From positions 32,001 through 96,000 of the IMG/VR virus record IMGVR_UViG_3300021431_000076: DNA of 64,000 nucleotides; one strand, written 5' to 3'. The translations under genes and the position numbers were made by a program. Shown one piece after another: positions 9,385 through 19,151 of this stretch. The number at the start of each line of letters is the position of its first letter. Position 1 is the first letter of the stretch. The stretch comes from a virus. Taxonomy: Duplodnaviria; Caudoviricetes. A model generated the notes under the pieces. It had not been told where the DNA came from. It made no database searches and was given only the letters and a program-made list of their open reading frames with translations.

Positions 9385-10551
9385 ATGAACGATAATTCTA
9401 GACTCAATAGATTAGAAGACTTGTTTGATGAAGTAAGTGAATCTATTGGTATGATTAAAATAGACCATAGTTTAAAAAATTTAGATAGTCTGGCTCAATC
9501 TTTAAACAAATTCTTCGCAGGTACAAAATGTAATAGAGTAATCTACACTTATAATCCAGATAAGATTCCATTTTGTGTAAGTGTAATGCCAATAGTAGAT
9601 GCAGATGATGTAATTAGAACCATTCAATCTGATTATAAACTTATTGTAAAAGAATATAATGTAGAATTGGATTCTAGACTATTTGAAGAAGATGTAAAAC
9701 TAACTGATGATGAGATTACTGCTTTGGTAATTCATGATATTGCTGCTATGACATCTGATTCTTCTCCAGCAGAAGAAGTAAAAAGAGCTCTTGATAAATA
9801 TCTACAAGATAATCATGAAGTATTGAAACTTTCTGATTCCATCCATTATAAAGAGATGCTTTCTTATGGATTTAGAGATGCTATGAGAAAAGTTACTACT
9901 GCATTTGAGAAAGCAGAAACTACAGATACTGATATTACATTATTTGAATTACTCCCACCAACTTATGCAGGATACTATAGATCTGGTTTTGAGAAAGTAG
10001 AAAAACAGTTATTAGTATATAATGCTGTAGCTAATACTAAGTTCTTGGTACTCTCTTGGGTCATGAGACTATATAAAGATGTACTCCATAATAGAATAGC
10101 AGCATTACATACTATTGCTAAATGTATGGAAATGACCCCATCACAACTAGAGAAGAAAGAACTATCTAATCTTGCTAGAAGATTAAATAGAATTGATGAT
10201 GATTCTCTATTAGAATCTACTTTACTTACTGAAGCAAGAAATAGTTTATATGATAAACTTACTATGCCATTGGAGAAATGTGATGATACTTGCAGTAATC
10301 TTAAATTAAGAGTTGAAAATTGTGATGATAATGATGAAGCTTGTGATCTAACTCATTCTATTAATGGACAACTTAGTTTAATGGATGATTATGTTAAAAA
10401 TACAAGTATGAATAAAAATGAATACAACCAGTGGAATGATATGTTCAAAAGTCTAGTTAAAGCTAGACATCAACTTACTGGTTCTAGAGCTACATTTTTT
10501 GCTAAACAACAAAAAATGTATAATACTTGGAAAGGTCAGGTGGATCAGTAA
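9385..10551 (+). CDS. Probable virion structural protein
   Basis: 388 aa; late promoter at 9344; LLES/LTEA protease-site-like motifs; degenerate HDIAA where the next gene has HEIGH. Confidence 0.55.
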   Translation: MNDNSRLNRLEDLFDEVSESIGMIKIDHSLKNLDSLAQSLNKFFAGTKCNRVIYTYNPDKIPFCVSVMPIVDADDVIRTIQSDYKLIVKEYNVELDSRLFEEDVKLTDDEITALVIHDIAAMTSDSSPAEEVKRALDKYLQDNHEVLKLSDSIHYKEMLSYGFRDAMRKVTTAFEKAETTDTDITLFELLPPTYAGYYRSGFEKVEKQLLVYNAVANTKFLVLSWVMRLYKDVLHNRIAALHTIAKCMEMTPSQLEKKELSNLARRLNRIDDDSLLESTLLTEARNSLYDKLTMPLEKCDDTCSNLKLRVENCDDNDEACDLTHSINGQLSLMDDYVKNTSMNKNEYNQWNDMFKSLVKARHQLTGSRATFFAKQQKMYNTWKGQVDQ

Positions 10552-11790
10552 ATGGAACCAAAAATAGATGGGATCTTATTACAAGAAGCATATTTTGGAA
10601 AGCAAAAAGAACTGATCCAAATAGAGAATCTTTTTAATATATTAAGGAAAAATTTATCGCCAAAACAACAATATGACCTTTCTAAAGTAAAGGCTATACT
10701 AAAATCTAAAGAATTAGAAAAAATAGAGAGACTATTTGCTCAGTTGTTTGGATTCAATGAAGTATTTATAGAGATTATTGATTTAGGTGGACAATATAAT
10801 TTATTTGCTACTCCAAAACTTCCAGCAAAATATGCAGAAAAAATATTTAACAAAGGAGAGCTTGTTTCTACAAAAGAAGTATATGATTCTATAAAACTTA
10901 CTAATAGAGGATATTTTATAGACAAATCTAGATTTCCATTAGATATATACATAGGTATTTGTATACCTGCATTTTTTGATAAAAATTTAACAGATGAAGA
11001 ATTGACTGCTGCTATATTACATGAAATTGGTCATCATCTTTATGATATAATTTCTAAATCAAAAATTGAAAATATCGGTAAACTGATAACTGGTAATATT
11101 CATCAAAATCCAATAACAATGAATGATGAACAGTTTAGTGATAAAGTGGCTGCTATGTATGGTTATTCTGCTCCATTGGCTTCATTTTTAAATAAAGCTG
11201 GAGTTAAATCATTGGCAAATAATGCCAGTATTGCACTTTTTACATTTCAGAAAGAAAATATTAAAAAATCTGATGGTATTCTAAGAATAGTATATACAAT
11301 AATTGAAATAGATGTTGGTATGATATTTCTATTTGCTTTGTTTGTTCTTAAAGATATCCTAGGATTTTTAAATTTACTCGTAATGAATATTCCAATATTA
11401 AATAAATTATTAGCTGTTACTGGATTCGTTGGTGACCCACATCCGGCTGTACCACATAGACTTATAAACAATATAAATTATATGGAAAAAGAATTAAAGA
11501 AGGCAAAAGTAAACAATCCTAGATTAGCTAAGAACATTCAAAATGAAATTAATGAAACCAAAAAAATAATGATGAATGCTATAAACGGAAAATATTCATT
11601 TGATAGTGAAGATGATGAATTACTAAGTCATAAAATAATGGCATATTATGCAGTTCTTCAAGCTGTATCCCCTATATCAATAATATCTAATGTAACGTTT
11701 AGAATAATAAGTACTCTGTTTACTATTGATAAAGGAGAAAGAGAATTAGAAGAGAAATCTAGAAATAAAGGATATTTTAATCTTTATTAA
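10552..11790 (+). CDS. Zincin-like metallopeptidase (HEXXH), probable virion protein
   Basis: AAILHEIGHH, downstream EQFSD and HP motifs (M48-like layout); N-terminal LLQEA. Confidence 0.65.
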   Translation: MEPKIDGILLQEAYFGKQKELIQIENLFNILRKNLSPKQQYDLSKVKAILKSKELEKIERLFAQLFGFNEVFIEIIDLGGQYNLFATPKLPAKYAEKIFNKGELVSTKEVYDSIKLTNRGYFIDKSRFPLDIYIGICIPAFFDKNLTDEELTAAILHEIGHHLYDIISKSKIENIGKLITGNIHQNPITMNDEQFSDKVAAMYGYSAPLASFLNKAGVKSLANNASIALFTFQKENIKKSDGILRIVYTIIEIDVGMIFLFALFVLKDILGFLNLLVMNIPILNKLLAVTGFVGDPHPAVPHRLINNINYMEKELKKAKVNNPRLAKNIQNEINETKKIMMNAINGKYSFDSEDDELLSHKIMAYYAVLQAVSPISIISNVTFRIISTLFTIDKGERELEEKSRNKGYFNLY

Positions 11791-11791
11791 A

Positions 11792-11826
11792 AAAATACCA
11801 AGGCTATATTATAGCCTTGGTATTTT
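11792..11826. terminator. Bidirectional terminator between convergent genes
   Basis: AAAATACCAAGGCTA-TATTA-TAGCCTTGGTATTTT. Confidence 0.85.
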
Positions 11827-11828
11827 CA

Positions 11829-12542
11829 TTATTGATCTAATACATCTCTATCTAATTTATTCAACTCCTTTCTATTTTTATTCACTCTCTTAACACTAAC
11901 TATATCATTTATCACCTCCTTTATTGTATATTCTTTGGGAACTTTATAAATTAACTTCTTAATTCTTCTATTTGCATATAATTGAAACCAATGTGCAATT
12001 GCACATATCAAGCATTCAATTATCATACAAAATGTTACACTTGGACTTGCAATTTTGGTTATCGCTACCAATAATGCTGCTCCAAATAAAGATGCTAACA
12101 GTCCCCATGTATCACATTTAGCCCTGAAGATTGTCAAAGCTGAATCATGAATGCAGTTATTGATGTTATCCATCTTCACCGCCTTCATTAACTGAGTCCC
12201 ACATATACAAATCATGTTGTACACTAGGAATCTTAGTTCCGGATTGCTTTCTCCAACACATGCTATGCTGAAGAAAGATATGTCAGTCAAAATCATTATT
12301 TTCATAAAATTCTGACTAATCCATCGAGTAGCTATTATACTCTGTTTAATAAAAGCCACTCCAACTTTCGACAATCGGAAAATTATAGTACATGTAGCAA
12401 TGTACTCCGGTGTAAGATGAGCCATGAAGAAGTTTACTATCACCGGACTAGTAAACCCCATAACAAGTGAGATAAGTACCTCGTTTAAATATAACGCGGC
12501 TCTGATGGTTAAGTTACCATCTTTAAAGAAATATTTAGACAT
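11829..12542 (-). CDS. Multi-pass membrane protein (about 6 TM; half-MFS-like)
   Basis: About six hydrophobic segments; own early promoter at 12574-12581 on the minus strand; AGGAG RBS. Confidence 0.6.
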   Translation of the reverse strand: MSKYFFKDGNLTIRAALYLNEVLISLVMGFTSPVIVNFFMAHLTPEYIATCTIIFRLSKVGVAFIKQSIIATRWISQNFMKIMILTDISFFSIACVGESNPELRFLVYNMICICGTQLMKAVKMDNINNCIHDSALTIFRAKCDTWGLLASLFGAALLVAITKIASPSVTFCMIIECLICAIAHWFQLYANRRIKKLIYKVPKEYTIKEVINDIVSVKRVNKNRKELNKLDRDVLDQ

Positions 12543-12628
12543 ATAAAACCAACTCCTCTCTATGTCTACTAAAATAATATATGACAGAAATGAATTAGTT
12601 TTACAATTTAAATATATATTATATAGAT

Positions 12629-12722
12629 GAAATAGTGTGAAATTTAGAACTATTTCCCAACTCCTTATTATATATCCTTTCGTTTGGAGACTAGGTTAAT
12701 TTTATCCTAGTCTTATTTTTTT
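12629..12722 (+). ncRNA. Candidate early small RNA with anti-SD segments
   Basis: Early promoter at 12615; 5' hairpin GAAATAGT/ACTATTTC; unpaired CUCCUU and UCCUUUC; terminator at 12688-12722; no ORF. Confidence 0.55.
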
Positions 12723-12758
12723 AGTAAACCAAAAAATAGAGATATACTATATAAATGA

Positions 12759-12784
12759 ATCAGTAAAGCTTAAGCTTTACTGAT
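12759..12784. repeat. Perfect 26-bp palindrome at the start of an early transcript
   Basis: ATCAGTAAAGCTT-AAGCTTTACTGAT, directly after promoter 12743-12757. Confidence 0.9.
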
Positions 12785-12906
12785 ATTCTATTCTCTTTAT
12801 GGGATTAGTTATTTTTTCTTTGAAGATAAGCATGTTTAGGATTCTACTATTCCTAAAACATCTTATTGATACAATCATCTATATTATTTAAGGAGGTCAT
12901 ATTATT

Positions 12907-13671
12907 ATGGCAGCATTTGAAGGTTTCCAAGGTTCTAACGAATCCAGATTTTCTCCGACAGTTTATGGTTACTCTTTCAGTAACTCAGAGTCGGTTGTAG
13001 ACAAATCCAATATTCAGTTTTCTATGTGGAAGACTACTATCAAGATTTCTATTTCTCCATTGATTGATACCGGCACAAATGAATGGAGAGTAGATCGTAA
13101 GAATGCTATTTCTGCATATCTTATTCCATCTAAAGCAATGATGTTTGCTGATATACTTATGAAGTATAAACAAGATCCTGAGAAATATAATAACTGGGGT
13201 GTTGCTTCTGGCTCTGCATATATCTCTGTTATTAATCCAAAATCTATCAAACCTAATGCAGAAGGATTTGCCATTATTAATATCCGTCGTATTTCTACTG
13301 AAGGTGTAGTAGAAGCATCTTATTCTTATGAAGTCAAAGCTGGTGGCACATATAATGCTGTTATTGGTTTTGATGAAAAGAAAGGAACATTCTCTCAGGA
13401 CTTTGATACTTATGCATCTACTGAACTTGATTTGATTGCTATTCAGCTTATGCAATATGCTAAGGCTATGAGTAATGCTGTAGCATTTACAGTAACCAAT
13501 AATCAATATGATTATCTTGATAAGATTGCTCAGAAAGTTGGTGCAGACTTCTCTGGTGGATATGCCAAGACTTATACTAATCAATCATATTTTAGTCAGT
13601 CTGGTGCTCAGCAACAGCAGTCCGTTCAGCCTCCAATGAGTGCAGGACTTGAATCTCTGATTGGACAATAA
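12907..13671 (+). CDS. Hypothetical protein, possibly a single-stranded DNA-binding protein
   Basis: 254 aa; beta-rich N-part and Q/S/G-rich tail; both early (12743) and late-like (12857, AACA-N6-TG) promoters; function is a guess. Confidence 0.4.
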   Translation: MAAFEGFQGSNESRFSPTVYGYSFSNSESVVDKSNIQFSMWKTTIKISISPLIDTGTNEWRVDRKNAISAYLIPSKAMMFADILMKYKQDPEKYNNWGVASGSAYISVINPKSIKPNAEGFAIINIRRISTEGVVEASYSYEVKAGGTYNAVIGFDEKKGTFSQDFDTYASTELDLIAIQLMQYAKAMSNAVAFTVTNNQYDYLDKIAQKVGADFSGGYAKTYTNQSYFSQSGAQQQQSVQPPMSAGLESLIGQ

Positions 13672-13740
13672 TCCAAATAGAAACTTTTGTAAGTAGAGTA
13701 CTTTTCGAGTACTCTACTTATTTTTTCGTGAGGAAACATT

Positions 13741-14448
13741 ATGCTTTCAGATTTAATACATGGAAGAGCATCTATAAGAGTAGATCCTAATAAAAAGGGA
13801 AGAGAATTTAAATATATTCTTTGTTCTTTTGAAAGTCTATTTGATATAGATATTGGTTGTGTTGCTTATATCTTAATTTCTTTTAAAGATAGTAAGTATA
13901 TCAAACCAGAAGCATATAACTATACTCCATTATTTGTTCAATATCAATTAGTTCATAGAGACTCTATTAATCCATTATCTATCATCTTTAAAGATGAATA
14001 TAAGGACCAAATAGATAATCTGTATAATGAATTGCTAGATAATAAGAAAGATGACATTATCAAATTATCATATCAAACTTATCTAGCAGTTTTAGTAGAT
14101 CAATTAAAGATAATGGGTGGATATACTATTGAAGTTGAATGTGAATCAGATATTGAAAAAGAAAAAGTATCTAAATTAGGTTTAACTCCAGTAGATTACC
14201 AAGAAAACTTAGATAAGTATTTTACTCTAATTTTAAAATCTCCAAAAGATTTAAAAGATAGGTTACTGTTTACCGGCAAAACTGTATATCTATGGAATAC
14301 TTCTATCAATTATTTTGATATGAAGAAAGGTGTAGAGAATGAAATACTTACAGATGAGATCATAGCTCTTATGGGTCAGAAAAATGTAATAAAGATGATA
14401 GACCCTTATCAATATACAGAAGAGCTTGATGATAATAAGGAGGAATAA
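13741..14448 (+). CDS. Hypothetical protein
   Basis: 235-aa ORF with RBS; adjoins the chaperonin gene. Confidence 0.6.
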   Translation: MLSDLIHGRASIRVDPNKKGREFKYILCSFESLFDIDIGCVAYILISFKDSKYIKPEAYNYTPLFVQYQLVHRDSINPLSIIFKDEYKDQIDNLYNELLDNKKDDIIKLSYQTYLAVLVDQLKIMGGYTIEVECESDIEKEKVSKLGLTPVDYQENLDKYFTLILKSPKDLKDRLLFTGKTVYLWNTSINYFDMKKGVENEILTDEIIALMGQKNVIKMIDPYQYTEELDDNKEE

Positions 14449-14452
14449 CAAC

Positions 14453-16351
14453 ATGGCTTTTAATCTAGTCACAAATGTAGTAGATGAAACTCAATTAAGA
14501 CAAGCTCAACTTAGAGCTCTTGAATTATTTGCAACTACTGTAAGAGGCACTTATGGTCCTATGGGTGAATATACTGCTTATAGTATGCAAGATCCATCTA
14601 ATAAACTTAAAGCTATTGTATCTTACTATACTAAAGATGGTTTTACCGTATTAAAACATGTAGATACTGATAAACCAATAGAATCTCTTCTTAAAGATGA
14701 TATTCGTACTATTTGTACTCATGTTATTAAGACTATTGGTGACGGTACTACATCTGCTACTATATTATCATATCTTATCTTTAAAGGTCTTTTGGATCTT
14801 CAGTATCAGAAAAAACTTCCCAAAAGAAAGATTATCAAAGCATTCAAAGAAATTATTAAAGAAGGTATTGCAGAAATTGAATCTAAGGGAAGAGAATGTA
14901 CAGTAGATGATATCTATAATATCGCGTATACATCTCTTAATGGTAATGAAGAGATGGCTAATATTATAACAGATATTTATAAAGAGAGTGGTATGGATGT
15001 ATTTATTGATGTAAGCGCATCCAATACTAAAGATACTGTGGTTAAGACTTATAATTCTCTTGCTTATGAAGCAGGATATATAGATCCATGCTTTATCAAT
15101 AATGAACAAGATAATACTGTAGATTACCGCAATCCTCATATCTATGTATTTGAATCTCCTATTGACACTCCAGATATGATTAATACTCTTAAATTGATTT
15201 TCATGAAAGAAGTTAAAGATCCTATTGAAAAATATCAGCAAGCATTAAATAAAGGCAAACAACCAGATATTTCTTTGTCTCCAGTATTGATTATTTGTCC
15301 TCATATTTCTAGAGATGCCAATAGCTTCATTGATCAACTCATTGTAGAGTTTACTAATATGAAGATGGCTCAACGTCCTCAATTCTGTATTGTATCTAAT
15401 ATTGATAACGACAATGGATATCTTTTAGATATTATGAAACTCACTGAAGCTAAGTTCATTAAGAAATATATTGACAAAGAATCTTATGAAATTGATAAGA
15501 AAGTTGGTCTAGCTCCTAATGAACTAAATATTAGAACATTTGCTGGTACTGCAGAACGTGTAGTAGTAGATGCTCTTACTACTAAGATTATCAATCCAAA
15601 ACAGATGTATGATGAAAATGGTGAGTATACAGAGTTTTATACTAACTATATCAAACAATTAGAAGATCTTCTTAAGAAGTACGAAGAAACTAGAGAAGAG
15701 ATTGTTAAGATAGGTAAGCTCAAGAGACGTATCAATATTATCAAAGCAAATATGGTAGATCTCTATGTAGGTGGTATTGGCACTACAGATAGAATGGCTT
15801 TATCAGATTCTGTAGAAGATGCTGTTCTTAACTGTCGTTCTGCTGCTGCTGATGGTGTTGGTTATGCAGCAAACTATGAAGGTTTAAGAGCATTCAATAA
15901 GATTCTTACTAAATATGATGCTGAATTTAAAGCAGCAGAAGATAGTAAGCAAGCTCTTATTAACAAAGAAGTAGCAACAGTTATAGCTAAATCTTACTTA
16001 GACCTTTGTGCTCTTATCTATGTACCTTATTGTGATGATAATATTGAAGATGCTATGAATATAGTAGTTCTATCTTTAGCAAATTCTAATGAAAATAAGA
16101 GAAAACCGTTTAATATTTTGACAGAGGAGTATGATGATCTTGTGCTCACTTCTATCAAAACTGAACCAGCTATCCTCGAAGCTATATCTCGTATTATCAC
16201 TACTCTTTACAATACTAATCAGTTCTTGGTTCCTGATCCAAGATTCAATATCTACCAAATGGATAAAGATGATGAAGAGTATAAGAAACAAAAAGAAGAA
16301 ATGAATAAAGTAGAACAGAAACCTGCTCCTTCTGATGGAATGAAAAAATAA
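14453..16351 (+). CDS. groEL: GroEL-like phage chaperonin
   Basis: TYGPMG, TKDGFTV, GDGTTSAT and VEDAVL motifs; start moved to ATG 14453 behind AAGGAGG. Confidence 0.93.
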   Translation: MAFNLVTNVVDETQLRQAQLRALELFATTVRGTYGPMGEYTAYSMQDPSNKLKAIVSYYTKDGFTVLKHVDTDKPIESLLKDDIRTICTHVIKTIGDGTTSATILSYLIFKGLLDLQYQKKLPKRKIIKAFKEIIKEGIAEIESKGRECTVDDIYNIAYTSLNGNEEMANIITDIYKESGMDVFIDVSASNTKDTVVKTYNSLAYEAGYIDPCFINNEQDNTVDYRNPHIYVFESPIDTPDMINTLKLIFMKEVKDPIEKYQQALNKGKQPDISLSPVLIICPHISRDANSFIDQLIVEFTNMKMAQRPQFCIVSNIDNDNGYLLDIMKLTEAKFIKKYIDKESYEIDKKVGLAPNELNIRTFAGTAERVVVDALTTKIINPKQMYDENGEYTEFYTNYIKQLEDLLKKYEETREEIVKIGKLKRRINIIKANMVDLYVGGIGTTDRMALSDSVEDAVLNCRSAAADGVGYAANYEGLRAFNKILTKYDAEFKAAEDSKQALINKEVATVIAKSYLDLCALIYVPYCDDNIEDAMNIVVLSLANSNENKRKPFNILTEEYDDLVLTSIKTEPAILEAISRIITTLYNTNQFLVPDPRFNIYQMDKDDEEYKKQKEEMNKVEQKPAPSDGMKK

Positions 16352-16474
16352 AATTCTAAATTAAAACGTACAAAATAATAGTGCGTTTCTGCTATTTACT
16401 CTTAACTAATGTGGAGTAGCTTTGGTCGGCTACTCCACATTTTAGTCAAAGAGAAATTTAGAAGGTGAATTGTA

Positions 16475-17269
16475 ATGACCAAACTAACATTTGATAACTG
16501 GATTAAGAATCCAACAGGTGCTAGACCAATGATGGTTCAGCAAAGAGAAATGGCTAGACAGATTTATACTGATAAATATAATAAAATGATGCTGGCATCT
16601 GCTGGAGCTATGAATTATACTTTATGGAAATCACAAAAGGGAGATAGATTTATTGTCTTCTTTACAATACCATCAGAATCTACCCAAAAAGTATTCTATG
16701 ATGTAGTTATTGAATTCTATACGAGAGATACAATAGAAACTCAAAAGAATAATCTAAATGGGTATTATGTGAAATTCTTTTCTAATGATCCTAACTTTAC
16801 GTTTACATTTGCCTATGTATATAACAAAGAAGGATTAATAATTCAGGACCTGAAAAAGAAACTATCTGCTCAGTCTATTACAGATAGACCTAAGATCACC
16901 AATCCTAATAAAGTGGTAGGATGGGTAAAAGCATTTTACTTTGCATACTTGTATATGAATGACCATGGTCTATTCAATAAATTGAATTGGTTAAATGCAT
17001 ATACTCTACAATCTCAACTTACAACTTGTATTAATAATGTAATGGATGCACAAAAGAAATTAGTCCAAGTTCAATCTCTGAAAGAACTCCAAGATTCTAA
17101 AAAGAATCCAAAAATTCCTAATATTGGAAATACCAATGATTTAGAATCTCTAAAATATAAAGCTAAAAGCACTAAGAATGTAGATAAAATGAAGAGTGTG
17201 ATTAGCAAGATATCTAGAGATAATGTTAAAAGAGCTAATAAAGTCAAATATTCAAAAAGAATAAAATGA
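16475..17269 (+). CDS. Hypothetical basic protein
   Basis: 264-aa ORF with AAGGTG RBS. Confidence 0.6.
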   Translation: MTKLTFDNWIKNPTGARPMMVQQREMARQIYTDKYNKMMLASAGAMNYTLWKSQKGDRFIVFFTIPSESTQKVFYDVVIEFYTRDTIETQKNNLNGYYVKFFSNDPNFTFTFAYVYNKEGLIIQDLKKKLSAQSITDRPKITNPNKVVGWVKAFYFAYLYMNDHGLFNKLNWLNAYTLQSQLTTCINNVMDAQKKLVQVQSLKELQDSKKNPKIPNIGNTNDLESLKYKAKSTKNVDKMKSVISKISRDNVKRANKVKYSKRIK

Positions 17270-17351
17270 CATTAGGAGGTTTCTAAAAATAGGCATATAC
17301 TATTAAATTGGTATAGGGAGAAAGTAGCATTAAGGAAGAAGGAGACACAAG

Positions 17352-19151
17352 ATGAACTACAAAAATGCCAATGAACTTCATAACGAAGGTATAGGGGATA
17401 TTCCTTATGGAGATGATAGATTCTATAGACCTAGAATCAAACTTAATCGGGCATTATACAAAGAAGGAGAATTGATACCTGTAGTAGATTTTGTTGACCA
17501 TAGTATCTTTAAAGAAGGAGATATGATAGCAAAGCATGACTTTGCTAATGCTCTAAAAGGTCAACCTGCACCTAATGTTGTTTTTAATGCAACAAAACCA
17601 CCTATTGATCAATGGCAACCAACATGTGCTGAAGACATGATCTTCACACATATTAGAGGAGCTATCATAGCACCAGTTCACAAATTTTTTAATATGTCAG
17701 ATGACGATAGAGCAAATGACATGTTTGACTATTTCTATGTGACTGCTAAGAGATGTTATAATTCTGATACTAAAGTGAAACCAGATGGAGAAATATCTAT
17801 CGGATTTAGAGATCATTGTACCAGCTATCTGAACTATTTTGAAAAGTACTATGATACAGATTTGCAGTTGTTAGGACTGTATAAAGAAATCAAATATATG
17901 ATAGATTGTGTTCCTAACTATTCTTTAGAAGCATTCAAGTCTGACCTTTGGAAATACTTTATCAATCCAAATATGTCTTATGTGGCTTGGAAACTGAACT
18001 ATGCTTTGGATAAGATGACCTTGGAACAATTCTCCTTAGATTTGAACTATAAGAACAATAAGTCTCCAGTATTAGAATACTCTCCTTTCCATGCTAAGAT
18101 CATGTTAAAGGTGTCAGTTCAACAGAATATGATTATACCCCTTCTGACTCATTTTATAGTGAAGAAGAAGTATGATCAATCGGAAACTAAGAATATACTT
18201 CTTTCTACTTTTGATTTGTTGTTTCAAGCAGCTGATCTTATATATGGGGTGGATCTCAATTCTAAGATCCTTGAAACAACATCTTCTAACGTTGAGAAGA
18301 ATGTATCAAACAATTTGACTCTTTGGGAAATGCAGACTATAAGAGCAAGAAACACTACTACCCATTCTATGGAGACAGTAGAAAATATAATCATGCAGAT
18401 AATTCCAAAGTATACCTATTCAAAGAACATCATTCACTTTAATTACAATGCTATCAATAGAGATATCAAATTCAAAGTAACTGGAGTACCATATGAGTTT
18501 GGTTTTGTTATGCTATCCTCTTCTATAAGAGATGATGATAACAACTCTGAATGTGATAAGTTTGAAGCTCATTCTGCTAAACTGAATGAAGCTACTATGA
18601 TTCAAACACTCACTAATTGTCAAGAAACAATGAAGAGAATCATACTCAAATATGGTCCATTTGATGAGAATGAAATCATGTTCTATTATAAGAGAATGTG
18701 TAAGAATGGCAAGTTTGTAGTTAATAAACTTCAGAATGTGCTTATTACATATCTCTTTGCTAAAGAGTTTGATGATCCTCAAGCAGTTAAGATTGTAAAT
18801 ATAAAGAACTATATCATTCTTTGTATTACTGCTAGAAGAATGCTTCAATCTTATAACATGTTTCAGTTACCATTCATGATTGGTGGCAAAGTCAATAGAA
18901 TTGTTACTAAGAAGAATATTAATAAGAAAGAACTTCAGAAGATCAAAGCATCTAAGTTCTTTCCATTGATTCATGAGAAGTATAATAATGAGAAGATAGA
19001 GAATGATACTATATTCTCACTCATTGCTCAAGTATTATCTTCTGAGTATGAAACTATTGACTACTATCATAGAGAGAATGATGGTTTGCAAATCAATATC
19101 ATTCCTGATTTAGTATCAGAGGAGTTGTTAAGACTAGTGATGCTTATATGA
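17352..19151 (+). CDS. Probable promoter-specificity (sigma-like) subunit of the non-virion RNAP (AR9 gp226/phiKZ gp68-like)
   Basis: 599-aa helical protein; early promoter at 17296; two genes from the chaperonin, as recalled for AR9 gp228/gp226; inferred from synteny rather than alignment. Confidence 0.5.
   Translation: MNYKNANELHNEGIGDIPYGDDRFYRPRIKLNRALYKEGELIPVVDFVDHSIFKEGDMIAKHDFANALKGQPAPNVVFNATKPPIDQWQPTCAEDMIFTHIRGAIIAPVHKFFNMSDDDRANDMFDYFYVTAKRCYNSDTKVKPDGEISIGFRDHCTSYLNYFEKYYDTDLQLLGLYKEIKYMIDCVPNYSLEAFKSDLWKYFINPNMSYVAWKLNYALDKMTLEQFSLDLNYKNNKSPVLEYSPFHAKIMLKVSVQQNMIIPLLTHFIVKKKYDQSETKNILLSTFDLLFQAADLIYGVDLNSKILETTSSNVEKNVSNNLTLWEMQTIRARNTTTHSMETVENIIMQIIPKYTYSKNIIHFNYNAINRDIKFKVTGVPYEFGFVMLSSSIRDDDNNSECDKFEAHSAKLNEATMIQTLTNCQETMKRIILKYGPFDENEIMFYYKRMCKNGKFVVNKLQNVLITYLFAKEFDDPQAVKIVNIKNYIILCITARRMLQSYNMFQLPFMIGGKVNRIVTKKNINKKELQKIKASKFFPLIHEKYNNEKIENDTIFSLIAQVLSSEYETIDYYHRENDGLQINIIPDLVSEELLRLVMLI

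Noticed and set aside
14426-14452. Upstream start for the chaperonin given in the ORF track
   Set aside because: It overlaps the previous gene; the AAGGAGG RBS supports ATG 14453.
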